Shown here: piece by piece, positions 1-12,819 of the stretch
How the letters are laid out: every line of letters begins with the position of its first letter
How positions within the stretch are numbered: position 1 is the first letter of the stretch
From: Camelus dromedarius
Taxonomy: Eukaryota
DNA length: 64,000 nt
Direction: 5' to 3'
Assembly: GCF_036321535.1 (NCBI RefSeq)
Contig: NC_087458.1
Span: 10,850,001-10,914,000, forward strand
Notes under the pieces: generated by a model
Seen by the model: the letters and a program-made list of their open reading frames with translations, nothing else
Databases searched by the model: none
Told to the model about the DNA's origin: nothing
Program-made: the position numbers and the translations under genes

Positions 1-19
1 GATCCACAAAATGTTCCCA

Positions 20-110
20 AGAGGTAGGCGTTATTATCACCATTTAACAGATGAGGAAACTGAGACCCAGAGAGAGGAAGTGACTTGCCTAAGGCCATAC
101 AGATGGTGCC
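20..110. mobile_element. MIR core
   Basis: cattttaacagatgaggaaactgagacccagagagaggaagtgacttgcctaaggcc. Confidence 0.7.
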
Positions 111-2803
111 TGGAAGAGTCACACCCTCTCCCAGCCCAGGACTGTATCCTGAGCTACTGAAGGTGGGAGGCTATAACAGGAGGAGAGGCCCAGCCTCTGC
201 CCTCAGGGAGTTTAGGGAAATGGATTTTATTCAGGGGTTGGGAACAATTGGTGTCTGGGATAGGGCATGTAGGGGAGGAAGGGTCCATCCCGGTAGGCCC
301 TTCAGAGCATTCTTTTCATGGCTTGAAGATGAGAGACCTGGATTCCCAGAAAGAAGAAGGTGTTCTATGTGGGAGGAATGGCACGAATGGAGGCTCAGAA
401 GCAGGAACAAGCAAGTCACTGAAAACAGAAAGGCCCCAGGTCAGAGGCCCAGAGAGATGAGGTCAGGACAGACACACAGCAATGGGGTCAGAACCATGAG
501 CCAGAATCAGAGGACAGGAGTTAGGGACCAGCAACAAAGAGTGAGTGTTTTGTACCTTGACGAGGAACGGTATGAAGCACTCAGGGTATCTATCGTGGAG
601 CTTTATCTGCTAAAAAGGATGCATTTCCTGCACTTACAGAATCTGAGATCTGGAGACAGATATGGAAATATGTGTGATGGCTTCTGATTTAGTGCTTAGT
701 GGCATGTTGCAGGTTAGTTGTGGAATGGGACAGTCACAGTGGTCCTGAGTCATGTGTGAGGGCCTCAAGCATGAGTTGGGTAGAACCAGGAAGGGGTGAG
801 ACCGGAAAAGGGGTCCCAGATGGGGGACCAAGGTGGGCAAACCCCAAGGAGGCAGAGAGGCTGGCTGGTTCAGGAAGCAGAGAAGAGGGGACACTACTAA
901 GGCAGAGTGGAACATTTGGTTGGAGTAAAATCACCCAGGACCTTCCACGCCAGGCAAAGGAATTCAGATTTGCCTATGAGGAAGGAGGGAGTCACAAAAG
1001 CATGAAGCCAGTGGGCATGTGCCCTCTAACTAGAAAGCAGGGAGACTGGGAACAGGAGACTCACTAAGACGCTGCAGCTACAGCCCTGAGCAGTGCTGCC
1101 GGGGTGGAGAGGAGGGGACAGTTCCTGGGGGAAACCCGGCAGGATTTGGTCACTGACCAGAAAGAGAGAGGAAAGACCTGAAGACAACTCCTAGGTTTCT
1201 AGGATGAGTACCTTATGAGGAAGGCAGAGCCAAGGAAGCTGGTGGCTAGGAAGAAAGAAATTTGGAGTTGTGGAACAAAGCATGTGAAACACAGGGCTGG
1301 AGGCTGAGGGCTGGGTGTGAAGGCTCTCTGGGATGGCAAGGGCTCCTGCCTTGGAATGTTTATACAGCAATTCCCCAAAGTTCAAAGCTCCTGCCTCTGG
1401 CCAGCACTTCACACACCCTGCTGTCCCTCACCTCGCTCATGTTATGCTCCTGCCTGGAACGCCCTCATCCCTGTGTCTGGTAGCTCCTACTCATCACTGT
1501 CTGGATAACTCCTACTCATCCTTGAAGACTCTGCTTAGACATCACTTCCTCCTGGAGTCTCCCTCCCCCCACCCCCACCTCAGGCAGGGTTAGGTGCCCT
1601 TCCTCTGGTCTCCTCCAGCACTCTGCTTTGACCCATCATAATACTTTATACCATGGGTTGTTTTGCTATTTTCTTGTCTTCCACCAGACTGAGAGCCTCA
1701 AGAGTAGAAACTGGGTCTCACATCGCATATGGAAACATGGTTTCTGGCCTAGTGCTCAGTGGTCTGCATTCCTGGCACATAATTTGTGCTCAGCTAATGT
1801 TTACTGACTGACTGAATGAATGAATGAGTGGGTAAATGAATAAATGAGAGAGACAGGCGGAAGAAGGAAGGGGTAGAACAAGGAGGAGTGAGCAGCCTTT
1901 GGTTGGGCTGGACAGGTAGGGGGTTGACTTGTCAACCTTAGGGTGGAGACAGGATAGGCTGCCTAGCCTGGTTCTCTGCCAAAGGGAGCACTTCCAGACT
2001 GGACATGGGAAGAAGGGAGGGGATGGAGGGGGATAGGCATGGAGGGAGAAAGTGAAGCCCCACTAGAGTGGACCAGGGGGTTCCAGTGAGGTAGAGCATG
2101 GAGCTGAGGAAGGGGATCCCATGGCCCTGCTAGCAGGGGAGGAGGAAGGGAGGATGCTGTTGGCAGCTGGGAGTGCCTGAATGGGATGGGACAGACCTGC
2201 AGGGCCAGATACCAGGGCCCTGACCAGCCTAAGCTGATGTTGGTCCCACCCAGCCCAGCCTGGGAGTCCAGCTAACTACCCGCACCCCTCCCAGGCACCT
2301 CCTCCTGGCACTGGAGGGAGCAGGGCTGCCAAGGAAGGGTTGGAGGTGGGTTTGAAATAAGGGCTTCTGAGCACATCCTTTGCTTCAAAAACTAGTGTCC
2401 ATGCAGGCCAGGGAGTCCAAGCCTGCTCTACTGGGACACTCAAACGCTTCCAAAGACTCTTTCCGGGACAATGTCAGGTGACATATTTTCTATCCCCATC
2501 CCTACACCTGCCAACCAGGGATTACTGTCCCTTCCCCATCACTAATCATCTACATTTCCCCCCAAAAAAACACCATCTTAGGGTACAACATACATCAGGT
2601 CCCTAATATATGTCTGAGTCCAATTCTCCACATCCCTACCTGTGAGTCCAGGATCCCCATTATCCCAAGGGATAAACCCAAGCTTTGCTTTGCAGGATGA
2701 GGAACCCAGTAAAACAGGAAAGTCCCTTTGGATCTCACCCACAGCCCCCCATTGTCCTGAATCCACTATTCGTGGGAGCATGTTAGCCTGAGCAACACCT
2801 TCC

Positions 2804-2805
<2 letters not shown>

Positions 2806-2835
<30 letters not shown>
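2806..2835 (+). repeat. (CA)15 microsatellite
   Basis: Read directly from the sequence. Confidence 0.95.
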
Positions 2836-2838
<3 letters not shown>

Positions 2839-4724
2839 ACAAGAGAAGGAAAGGAGAACTTGGGTTCTAGAATCCCTGTCCTGGGCTAAATGGACCCAGA
2901 AGCCCAGACACCCAGGGTAGGGCAGGCTAGGACTGTCTCCTCCTTTTCTCCCCCACCCAGTGCCCGCCCGGCGTCAGCATGATGATGTCACCAGAGCAAA
3001 GGAGACACACCGCCTGCCGGGTGAGGTCACCCTGCGGGCATGTAGTGGCCAGGCCAGGCCAAGCCCACGGACCCTTCTGCTGCAAATTGTTTGCTGAGGC
3101 TGGTGGACTCTGCTGGCTGGGCCTCCTCCCTCTGCTTCTCCCCACCCCTCCTTCCCGGAGCACCAGGACGCTGGTCAGGAGCCTTGGTGATTCAGCTGCT
3201 GCTGCACAGCAGGCCTAGCCTCAGCCGCCACCAGCCACCACCTTGCGCAAGGGAGAGAACAGGCCCAACTGGCCAGACGGGATCCCTGCCCTCGGCCTCC
3301 CCCACCCCTGGCCAGGCCCCCACGGGCCTCTTTGGGGCCCTGCCCTCTATGTACCCCGCCTGCTCCCAGGCAGGCCCTCCATTCCTGGCTTGGGCTGGCT
3401 GCCTGCTCCCCACCCTGTGCCTGGGTCCCAACCTTCCTATATTTGTGAAGCCTGGACTCTGATCTCAGGAGGGGAAACTGAGGCTGGCAGCTGCAGATAA
3501 CAGCATCTCTGGGGAAGGAGGCTTTTCTTTCTGAGGGCGCTTTCTCCATCAGCATCCCCTGCTCAGATATAGAGGGGTACACGTTGGGATCCTAGAGATG
3601 GGCCTGGGGGGAGGAGGAAGGGAGTAAGTGTGAGCCTCTTGTGCCTGAATGTACATCTTTGAGTGAGGGCTTGGGGGTCTCAGTGCTGGCTCACATGCAT
3701 GAGAGGCTGTCTAGGCAGGAATTTGGGTGTGTTTTGCACATACATATATTCGTGTCTCATCTTCAAGAGAATGTGTGTGCTCGTCTGCATCCAGAGAGAG
3801 CTATGCAATGGCGTGTGTGTGAATGTGCTCCCATAGTAAATATTTTGATGTCGGTTTCTCTTGGCTTCCGCATGGCTGTCTGTCTCAGCTGCCTTGGTCA
3901 GCGGTGTGTGGCTCTGCGATTTGCTCCTGTACCTGTCTGGAGTGTCGCCCAGGCATCCTTCCCCACCTCACCCCAGACTTGAGGGCAGATTCAGCTCAGG
4001 TGGAGGTACCCAGAGATGAGGTCACTGTCCCTCCAGGTAATGGGAAATTGCTATCAAGGACTCCCCAACAGAACAAAACAAAGCTCTCTCTACCCTTGCT
4101 CCTCAGGTTCCTCCTAGAAGGACCCCCCGCCCTTCTCACCCCACAGCCAAGCCCCCAGGCCCCCCAGCACCTCTGGCCCCCCAAGAAGGCCTCTCCCTGG
4201 GAATCTCTGTCAGGCCTCCAGCTGCTTCCACCACCAGAAAAACCAGCTCTAGCTCCAGGCCTGGGGTGAGGGTTGTCTGGTGGAGGTTTGGTGGGAAGTA
4301 GAGGAGGGGGGTGGATCCTGCCTGGGGCTGGGGGAGGGGTCCCAGCTCTCTAGGGTCTCATTCTCCTCTGTTAACTCTTGCCTCCCCTCACCCTACGGCA
4401 GCAGCCTCCACCAGAGAAAGCTGGACTATGTGGGTGAGTTTGGGGAAAGAAAAGACCTGGAAAGGGACCCCTGAAGCCCACTACTCAGGACAGGTGACAT
4501 AAACAACTCAGCACTTTTTTTTCCATCCTTCCCCCCATGACCTTGGCCTTGGAGTGCCAAAGAACTTTGAAAACCAGCAGATTCTCCTTCTGCCTTCATC
4601 CACCTCACTCACTTACCCCCCATTGTCCTAAGCCCCCCAGCTTAGCAAGAGCTTCCCAACCTGGGCAAAGCGCCCACCACAGATTAGTGTCTGGGGAGGG
4701 GGGCCACATCAATCACAAAGGGAG

Positions 4725-4921
4725 NNNNNNNNNNNNNNNNNNNNNNNNNNNNNNNNNNNNNNNNNNNNNNNNNNNNNNNNNNNNNNNNNNNNNNNNNNNN
4801 NNNNNNNNNNNNNNNNNNNNNNNNNNNNNNNNNNNNNNNNNNNNNNNNNNNNNNNNNNNNNNNNNNNNNNNNNNNNNNNNNNNNNNNNNNNNNNNNNNNN
4901 NNNNNNNNNNNNNNNNNNNNN
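4725..4921. other. Assembly gap (197 N) in NECTIN4 intron 1
   Basis: N run. Confidence 0.99.
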
Positions 4922-6214
4922 AATCCTGCCAGCCGACAATCCCCCCACCAGCCCCGCCCCACCCCACCCCAAATCACAGCCTCAATCCAGCTCTCAGGAC
5001 ACACCAGTTTTAAAGGCAAGGTGGGAGGGGGATGGCCTGAAATCTATGGGGAAAACTTCTGAGGCTAGAAGTCCCCTGTCCCAGTGAAAGAGTGATCCCA
5101 ACCACCTCCTGCATGGCCCTCCTCAGGGAGGGCTGGTGGCTGGCCTTGGGTTCTGAACTTGACCTTTGTATTTTAGATTTGGTCCCCAGATTCAGCCCCT
5201 AGGCTCCTCTCCTCCCTTTCCTCCTGAATCAGCTCCTCACCCCACCTCCATCCCTTCTCTCTGCCTTGACTTTGGTCAGCACAGGGCAAGTTTGGGAGGC
5301 CAGAAAGCCCAGGCATTCTCTCCTCACTAGGCTTGCTCCCCACAGTGGCTAGCCCCCCCTTCATTTTGCCTGGAGGACCCCAGGATCCCAAGGCTGCAGT
5401 CTAGAGCTGGGGTTGTAGACTCCACTATGAGCCCCTCACTGCCATCTCTGTGGCTGGGGTCCCCTGAGCCCAGCTCCCTGAAACACTGGGGTGGGACCAA
5501 GGTCACTAGGGCTGCTGGGTTTCCCTGGGATTCTCCTAGTTCTCCCCACCTTGGGCGGGGAAGCCAGCTTCTCTTTCTGGCTTCCCTGGGTTTGGGTAAG
5601 TCCTACAGGAAAGGGCCTGCCCCCCTCTGTAAACAGGAGTAGAAAAACAGGGATGGAGCCCCTCCCTTTCTAGGAAACTAACTTCAGACAGAAGGCTGGT
5701 CCTAACCCTCAGAGGACAGACCTCAGAATTCAGAGAATCCTGTGCCCTCTGGTCCTGCAGGACCTAGTTGGGCCCAAGTAAATGTCAAGGAACTAGGATC
5801 TTATTGGAGGGGTAACTGTAGATTTGGGCCCTCAGCCCCAGGGCAGGAGATGGGGAGGGAGAAGGGAGGGGACCTCACCCGGAAACTCATCCCATTAAAG
5901 AGAGACAAAGAGCTGTGGTGTGGAGGTGCCTCCCCAGCCTGGGCTCCTCTCTCTGTTAGGGGTGGGGCAGAGCCCTGGGGCTCAGAGCTCTAATGGCCCA
6001 GGACTTGGTGGGGGCACTAATTTGCAGTGCAGGGGCAGGAGGCAGTATCCAGGGTAAAGCTACCCTCGGTCCCACTGAGAGATGGGGTCAGGACCTTTCC
6101 TCTTCTGTCACCACAGCGAGACTGACGGCCTCTTCCAGCACCCAGCACCCAGCACCCAGCACCCACCTTCAGTCAGGGGCCAGACATTCACACAGCCACA
6201 GGATTTCAGAGCTA

Positions 6215-6350
6215 GAAGGCTGGTAATGATCATCTGTTCTTACCTCTTGGTCTACTGAAGTCTGCTTTCTTAGTTGCCCAAGGTCACATAGCAAATTAAT
6301 TGCAGAAACAGGGCCAGAATCCAAGACTCCTGACTTCCCAGTCCAAGGCT
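6215..6350. mobile_element. MIR relic
   Basis: ttagttgcccaaggtcacatagcaaatt...gggccagaatccaagactcctgacttccc. Confidence 0.55.
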
Positions 6351-8274
6351 TTTTCAGAGACAAGAAACACTTCAGCTTCCTGGAGGCATTGAGGAGATGC
6401 CTACACACAGAGGAGCCAGGATGGGGGTGGCAGTAAGGTGGGCCCATCTGATCCTTGGGCTGGGAACTTGGGGTCTGAGTACCAGTCCTCAGAGCACCCT
6501 CCAGCTCTGTGAAGGTGGTAGCAGCAGCAGGGTGTGTCTCCTTGGGCATTAACCTCCTGGGGCAATCCTGGAGCCAGGCTGCTTCCCTAGCCACAGCACC
6601 TGTCCATCAGGCACTGGGCAAGGTTGGGGTGACGCCTTAACTAGAAGGGGTCCCCTCTCCCCTTCCCTGGGCTTCTCTTAGAAAGAACAGCTTTGTGTCA
6701 TGGAGAAAGAAGACAGGGATCATGTCTCATTCACCACTGCATCTCCAGCATCTAGTGCCCTGGCTATACCCAGCCTGCACTCAGAGGTACTATTCTTTAA
6801 TGAACTAGGAGACCAGGACACCAACCCCCGTTATGATTCTAATGCTGAGAAATCTAGAGATCTCACTTGCCTATCTGTTTCTTTTAGTTTTCCCATCTGT
6901 AAAATGAGGGAAATTGGAGCGGTGATCTCTTTGATCCCTTCCAAGTCCTGAGACATCATGGCTCCATTCTTTTGGTGTGGGTAGATCATACAGGAAAGTG
7001 ACTGCCGAGTTCCCTGGCCCCAGCAACCAGGCCCCACCCTCTTGGCCTAAACAAGTGAAAAGTGTTGTCTGGAAGATGGGAATTAAGATGTAGGGGGAAT
7101 GGGGGATGGCAGGGGTTGGAGTTCAATATCCTGCGATTGGAGGCTGGGCCAAAGACCCTTCCATTATGAGATCAGAGTAAAAGCACCCCCCCACCTATCC
7201 ACACATCTTGAGTCTCACTCTCTCCCTGACAGCTTCAGCTGGGGATGGAGGTTGAGGAAATCACTGCTGGGCCCTGCTGGACAACTGAGGCTTCATCGCT
7301 CCTGCTCCTGGGACTGGGAATCAAACTGCCCAAAGTAGATAAGGCCCTGTCTTTCCAAGGAGAAAGATTTCTCGGTTACCCATTACCCTGGGAAGAGCCT
7401 ATGGAATCCCACCGTGGTCTCATTGTGCACACACACTTTACACACACACTTACGCACACACGTATTCTTTCTCCCACTCTGAAGATTATAAATTCCTGTA
7501 ATTTATAGCTGCTAAACATACATTAGAAAGGAGTAATACAAGGCAGCTAGTTGAGAAAATGGGGAGATAAACAAAAGGGAACCACACCCTATCTAGTAGG
7601 TGCCCTGCCCCAACCCCCTACTCATCTAAGTAACCACCTTGTTCCCACCCTGGCACCTCACAGTGCACCCAGGGAAAGAGGGGACCAGAATGAGAAAAGC
7701 TTCCAGCTCCAATGTAGTCCCCCAACAGGTGCCCCAGTCCTGGTATCCTAGGACCTGGAGAGAGGAGAAGGTGACAGAAAGACCCTGTCACCTCTCTGGG
7801 CATCACCCTGATGACTGTGGAAACCAGCTCAGCCCTGAGTCAGCCCCAGCCCCAGTCAGCAATTCTGGAGCCCAGAGGGGTAGGCGAGGGAACCTCCAGG
7901 ACACCCTGAGGTGAAAGGGTCCCCACCAGTTTTACCTCCCTGCCCACCTGCACTGATTCACCATACCTCTTCCCCCAGAGGCAGCTCCGGCCCAGGCAAG
8001 GCCTGGGCTAAGGTGGTCGGAGACCCCAGACATAGTGACCTGGCCTGGGGCTGGAAGGGGACAGGGGACTTGAGGCAGAAGAGCTACAGTGGCTCTTCTG
8101 GGGGCTCTTCTGGGGGCACTACTGGCAGCTGGAGGTGGGAGAGAGAAATTGGTTCCTCAGTCCAGAGTCACAGGAAAGAGAATGTGTATGTGTTCGTGCG
8201 TGCGTGTGTATGTGCTTGTGTGTGTGTGTCTGTCAGCCTGGGCTTCAAAGCAAGGATCCTGAAGCAAGTCCTAC

Positions 8275-8350
8275 CTGTAAATGATGCCAGGAGCAGCAGC
8301 AGCAGCCAGGCCTCAGGCCCCAACATCTCGGCTCCCAGGGACAGAGGCAT
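8275..8350 (-). CDS. NECTIN4: Nectin-4 coding exon 1 (signal peptide); the rest of the gene lies left of the window, so 1-8274 is intron 1
   Basis: ATG at 8350 gives [26 protein letters not shown], matching the recalled NECTIN4 N-terminus. Phase-1 donor CAG|GTAG at 8275/8274. Synteny with KLHDC9/PFDN2. Confidence 0.95.
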
Positions 8351-8730
8351 TGGTCGAAAGGCAGAGCCGCCCAGTGTTTCTGAAGTTCCACCGAGTTCTC
8401 CCTGGGAGCCGGCTCTAGAGCTGGGTAGGGCACCAGCCCAAAAGGCAGGAAGTCACGGAGTCCTCAGGCACTGCGGCACCTGCCTATCCCACTGGGGTCT
8501 CCGCTAGGGGACCCGGCCCCGTCCGCCCACCCAGCTGAAGCTATCCCCAAGAAGCCGTGATCGGGAGCTCAGAGCTCCCCCAGAGCGGCTTCCCACGCTG
8601 TGGCCAACAACGACGGCAGAAACTTGGGAACCTGCTCAGCAGGTCAGAACAGGTGCGTCTCTGGGGGCCGGGCCTGGCACTAGGACTCGGCAGCCACCGC
8701 CCCCACGGCTTGGGCTGGCTAATGGGCGCC
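8351..8730 (-). promoter_or_regulatory. NECTIN4: NECTIN4 5' UTR and proximal promoter (CpG-enriched)
   Basis: CpG-enriched sequence directly 5' of the ATG. It resembles the recalled human 5' UTR up to about 8645. TSS position is approximate. Confidence 0.6.
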
Positions 8731-11700
8731 AGGGAGGGAGGGAAGGAGGGAGAGACCCAGGGGGTGGGATCCCATCGACAGCTTCAGGCTTTACCTGGCC
8801 GTGTGTGGAAGGGGCTGTGACAGGGAGAGGCAAGGGGGAGTGGGGGAGGGGTAGGAGAAGGCCAGGGTGGCTCAAAGAGGGAGGCACCAGGCCAGGAGGA
8901 ACAGGGGCAAGGCCCTTGTGGGTGGAAAGGAACCCAAGCATCCCACACCCCAGCCAGCCTTGCTGCCTTCCCGGGGCCTTGCCAAGTTCCCCGATCTCCT
9001 GGAGGGGTTCAGCTTTGGAGCCACAGAGTCAGAGAAGACCAGAACTGAGGATAGTACTGGCCCAAACACCTCATCCATCAGATGAGAAAACAGAGGCCCA
9101 GAGTGGGGAAGGGGCTTGCTGGAGGACACACAACTTTGATAGTGTCATGGTTTGCTCAGAGAGCTCTATACCTGAGGCACAGGGTTAGTTCAAAGACCCC
9201 TGAGAAGGAGTTTGAGTGACCCCCTCCCCAACATGCCTCCTTCTTATAGGAGAAGCAGAGGGATTGACTGAGGAATTAGCCACACAGATTCCTGGCCTCC
9301 CTAGCAGGGCCCTCCCTCAGTGTCAACACCTTCTTATTACTGGCCAGGAGTCTCAAAAGTGCACCAGCGCTACTTGAATGGAAAGGGGTTCCTTTCCGTC
9401 ACCTCCTTGGTCATTTTATCCATTTATCCATGGCCATTGGACAAAGCCACATGTCTGGACTTTGCAAGGAAAATCTTGATTTCTATAGGTGTATTCATAC
9501 TCTCAAAACCTCCTGTTTTCATCTTGGATGCATGTACTGTAACCACCAAGTTACACAAAATCTTACTGGCCTATCTGGGATAGCCAGAGGAGAGGGCAGA
9601 CTCTGGACTCCCTAAAAACTGAAGGAAGGGAAGGGGCAAGGTCACTGACAGACCGGGACTAAAAAAAATATACGGGAAGACACGAGAGAAAAAAAATATA
9701 TATGGGTTAAAATCTTGCAACAAGATCCTTTGTCTGGAGAGGGGCAGGAAGGAGGAGTCAAGAACAGTAAGGAGGGGAGGGTCATTTCATGTAGAATATT
9801 TTCTACACACACTCCTCCTCCCAACTCTACCTGTCAAAATCTTACTCATCTTTCAAAGCTGACCTCAAATGCCACATCTTCCATGAAGCCTTCTCAGCTC
9901 CTCCCCCCTAAAATTAATCTTTCTCCCTTCTGTTCTTCCTCGGCCTCTGCTAGTCCCTTTATTATAGCTTGTGTCCTCATAATTTGTGCACATCTTATCT
10001 CCTTAACTAAATTGTATGCTTCAATTCAAGAAACATCGATTGAAGCCTGCTGTGTGCCAAGGATTCTGTAAATGTGTTAAAAGGAGGGGCAGGCTGAGAG
10101 CTGTGCTCTGTGAACTCCCTGAAAGTCAGGCTTGTTTTTTAATCTTGTCTCCACCATCTGTGCTAGGACAGTCCACAGCACTTAATGAGAACTGAATACA
10201 TTTCGTCCAAGGCCTAAAGTTATGAACGGAAAAGGTGGTCAGGTGGGATCAGTGAAGCAGAGATCCTGACTCTCCTGAAACTGGTTAGTGACCTGGACTT
10301 TAATCCTGCCTCTGGACCTGGACCCCAGTTCTGGCTCCAGATCCTAGATCTCAGCAGTGTACATGGCAGTGACCCCTTCTTCAAGGGCTAGTTCCCATGG
10401 GTCATGGGTAGCCTAGGGGCCAGGCTGAATGCCAAAGCTCTGGTTTCTCTCCACCTCCACCTTGGTGAACCCCTTCCCCTCTTCAGGACCCACATCCCCA
10501 CCTGTGCTGGGGGAGCAGCCCCACCCCGATGCTTCTTTGAGATCCACTGTGGCAGGGGTGGGGTAGAGCCGGGGGGAAAGGGAGGAGGAGCATCCTGTGT
10601 TATAATTATAATTATCACACCTTGGATCCTATCGCATGATTTCAGAGGAGCTCCTTTCCTTCCCACGGATTTACCCCTCCTGATCCAGGAAACCACAGGA
10701 GAAACTGAGGCACAGTGGTGGGAAAGCAGTTAGCTCATGTGGTGGATACCCAGCCTCTATTTCCCCTTCAGCCTTTCCACTCACAATACACCACCACACC
10801 TCCACAGTGCCACCAGTCAGGAAGTCTGTGAGCCTCTGGTTGGGACCCTCAATCATTCACTTCTAATTCCAGCCATAAGGAACACCAGAGGGAGGCTGGG
10901 ATTTCCAGAGATGTTAAGGCCAGGACGTATCTGATATTTTTTCAGGGGTATGTTCAGGTCTTAGTAAACACCAAAGGTGGCCTTCAAGGAAGGGTTAGGG
11001 GCATCACTGTGCCTGAAAGGGAACACTTGGGCCTGGCAGTCACTCCAGACCTCTGCCTGAAGTAGAGATCTTTTACCTCTCATCTAACAAGTTTCTGTCT
11101 CCAAGCCCCCTGCCCTCTTGTGCCCTCAACCCTGTATATCCGACAAGGGCCATGCTCTTAGGGAACACACACTCATTCTTAGGCCCTTCCTTTCCTCTTC
11201 TGAGATGATGCCCATGGAAGAAGGCAAATTCCAATGCTGGGGCTGAAAGAAAACATTGGTTAGGAAAGACTTTCCAGACCAGCACCTGGTCTCCTGGGTT
11301 CTGTTCTTTCTTTCTCATTGAACCCCCATTCCCCTCATGCCTCACTACCTACCTCCTCCCACCCACATTCTGGGACCTAAGAATGGGAACAATTCAAGTA
11401 AAGGTGGCATCTTTAGCAGGTATATTGTCTGAGTGGCATCACTGCGTGCACGCCTGCATGCCTGAGTTCATTCGACAGATATTTAGTGAGCACCACTTCG
11501 TGCCAGGCTCCAGGGAGAGGACAAAGACATAACACGTGGTCCCTGCCCTCAAGGAGCCCTCAGTTAGGAGAGACAGACACGTAAACAGCTGTAACAGTGT
11601 ATATCCCTCCATTATGTGTTCCCTCTGTGTCTCTGTGTCCATACTTGGGGCCGTCTCTGTGTGCATAACTGCTGATGTTCATTACCTGCGTGTGTCCAAG

Positions 11701-12819
11701 CATCCGCTTGTAACCTGTGTCTGTCCCCATGGCAGGCTGCACACCTAAGCTAAACCGGTTGGAGTGGGTTGTGCTGAAATTTTTGTTTGTGTCAATGGGG
11801 CTTGGAGGTGAGTCAGGGAGGGACAAGGATGGGTGGGGTGGTGTGGGGGAGAAGAGTAGTGAGAGTGAGGGTCAGATTGAGTGAGCAGGGAAAGGAGGGA
11901 GTGGGTCAAGCTTGGAAGGGTTGGGGGCAGGTATCAGAAAGATGGGTTGGGGGAAGGAGAGATCTTCTTAGTGAGTAATATCCTGTTTGTCTGTGGTGAG
12001 AGCCCAGGTCAAAGAGTCAAAAGCTGGCAGGGAGACCCTTGGGCTTTGGGAGAGTCGAGAGTGGATAATAAATCAGAGTGGAACTAGTTGGAAGCCTGGG
12101 TGTGGACAAAATGTCTGCAATCCATTTCTAAATGGCTTTGTTTCTCTGTGTGATATTAAGCTATTCCTGATCTGCTCACTGCCTTGGTTTCTGTAGTTTG
12201 CACAGAGAGTAGTTTGTAGTTTCTTGTGGGCTGACTGACATTATAGTGGAAGATTACTGATAGGGGACTGGACTCCCTCCCCCAGGACCAAGGTTATTTT
12301 AGATAGAAGCTTCAAAGTCTCTCCTCCTGCTCCTCCCTAGGATGCTCCTCATCCACGGAAGGGTGGGGAGGGACCCTCACACAGAAAACAGGGGCTCTAG
12401 CAGTTTTTCCTCCAGTGGAAAACACCTTTGCTCCCCTCCAACTGGAGCTTCACTGTGCCCAGTATGAGGATGGTGGTGTCTTGCTTTCCAAGATTCCACC
12501 TAGACATTACCATGTGCTGTGTGCCGTGCCGTTCCTATCTGCCTATCCTGCAGACCCATGGATCCCCAGTATCCAGCCCCATCCCTTAATGACAGCCACA
12601 CTTCCTCGGGGCCTAACAATATCCCTTGGAGCTCAGGGGACTGGATTTGCTTGTCCTTAAAGAGCCCTAAAGCTGAAGTGAGGAAGTAGCTGAACATAAG
12701 GCATATTTGGGCCTTGTTTCTCAGTAGGCCATTGAGTGCAGAGCCCCCCTCCTTGCTCTCACCCCATGAACTCCCCAAGCTTCTGTAAATACATAATCAC
12801 AAGATCAGGGACCAGGGCG

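Noticed and set aside
85-687. 200-aa ORF at the window start
   Set aside because: It begins inside a MIR, is antisense to NECTIN4 intron 1, and has no recognisable domain or splice support.
7911-8507. 198-aa + strand ORF
   Set aside because: It is antisense to NECTIN4 exon 1, runs through a (GT)-rich tract, and is low complexity.
9320-9583. Hydrophobic 87-aa ORF upstream of NECTIN4
   Set aside because: Non-ATG start with no family resemblance in any frame; possibly an old repeat.
12415-12660. 81-codon + strand frame following a plausible acceptor
   Set aside because: No recognisable motif, no donor or partner exons, and no poly(A) signal.
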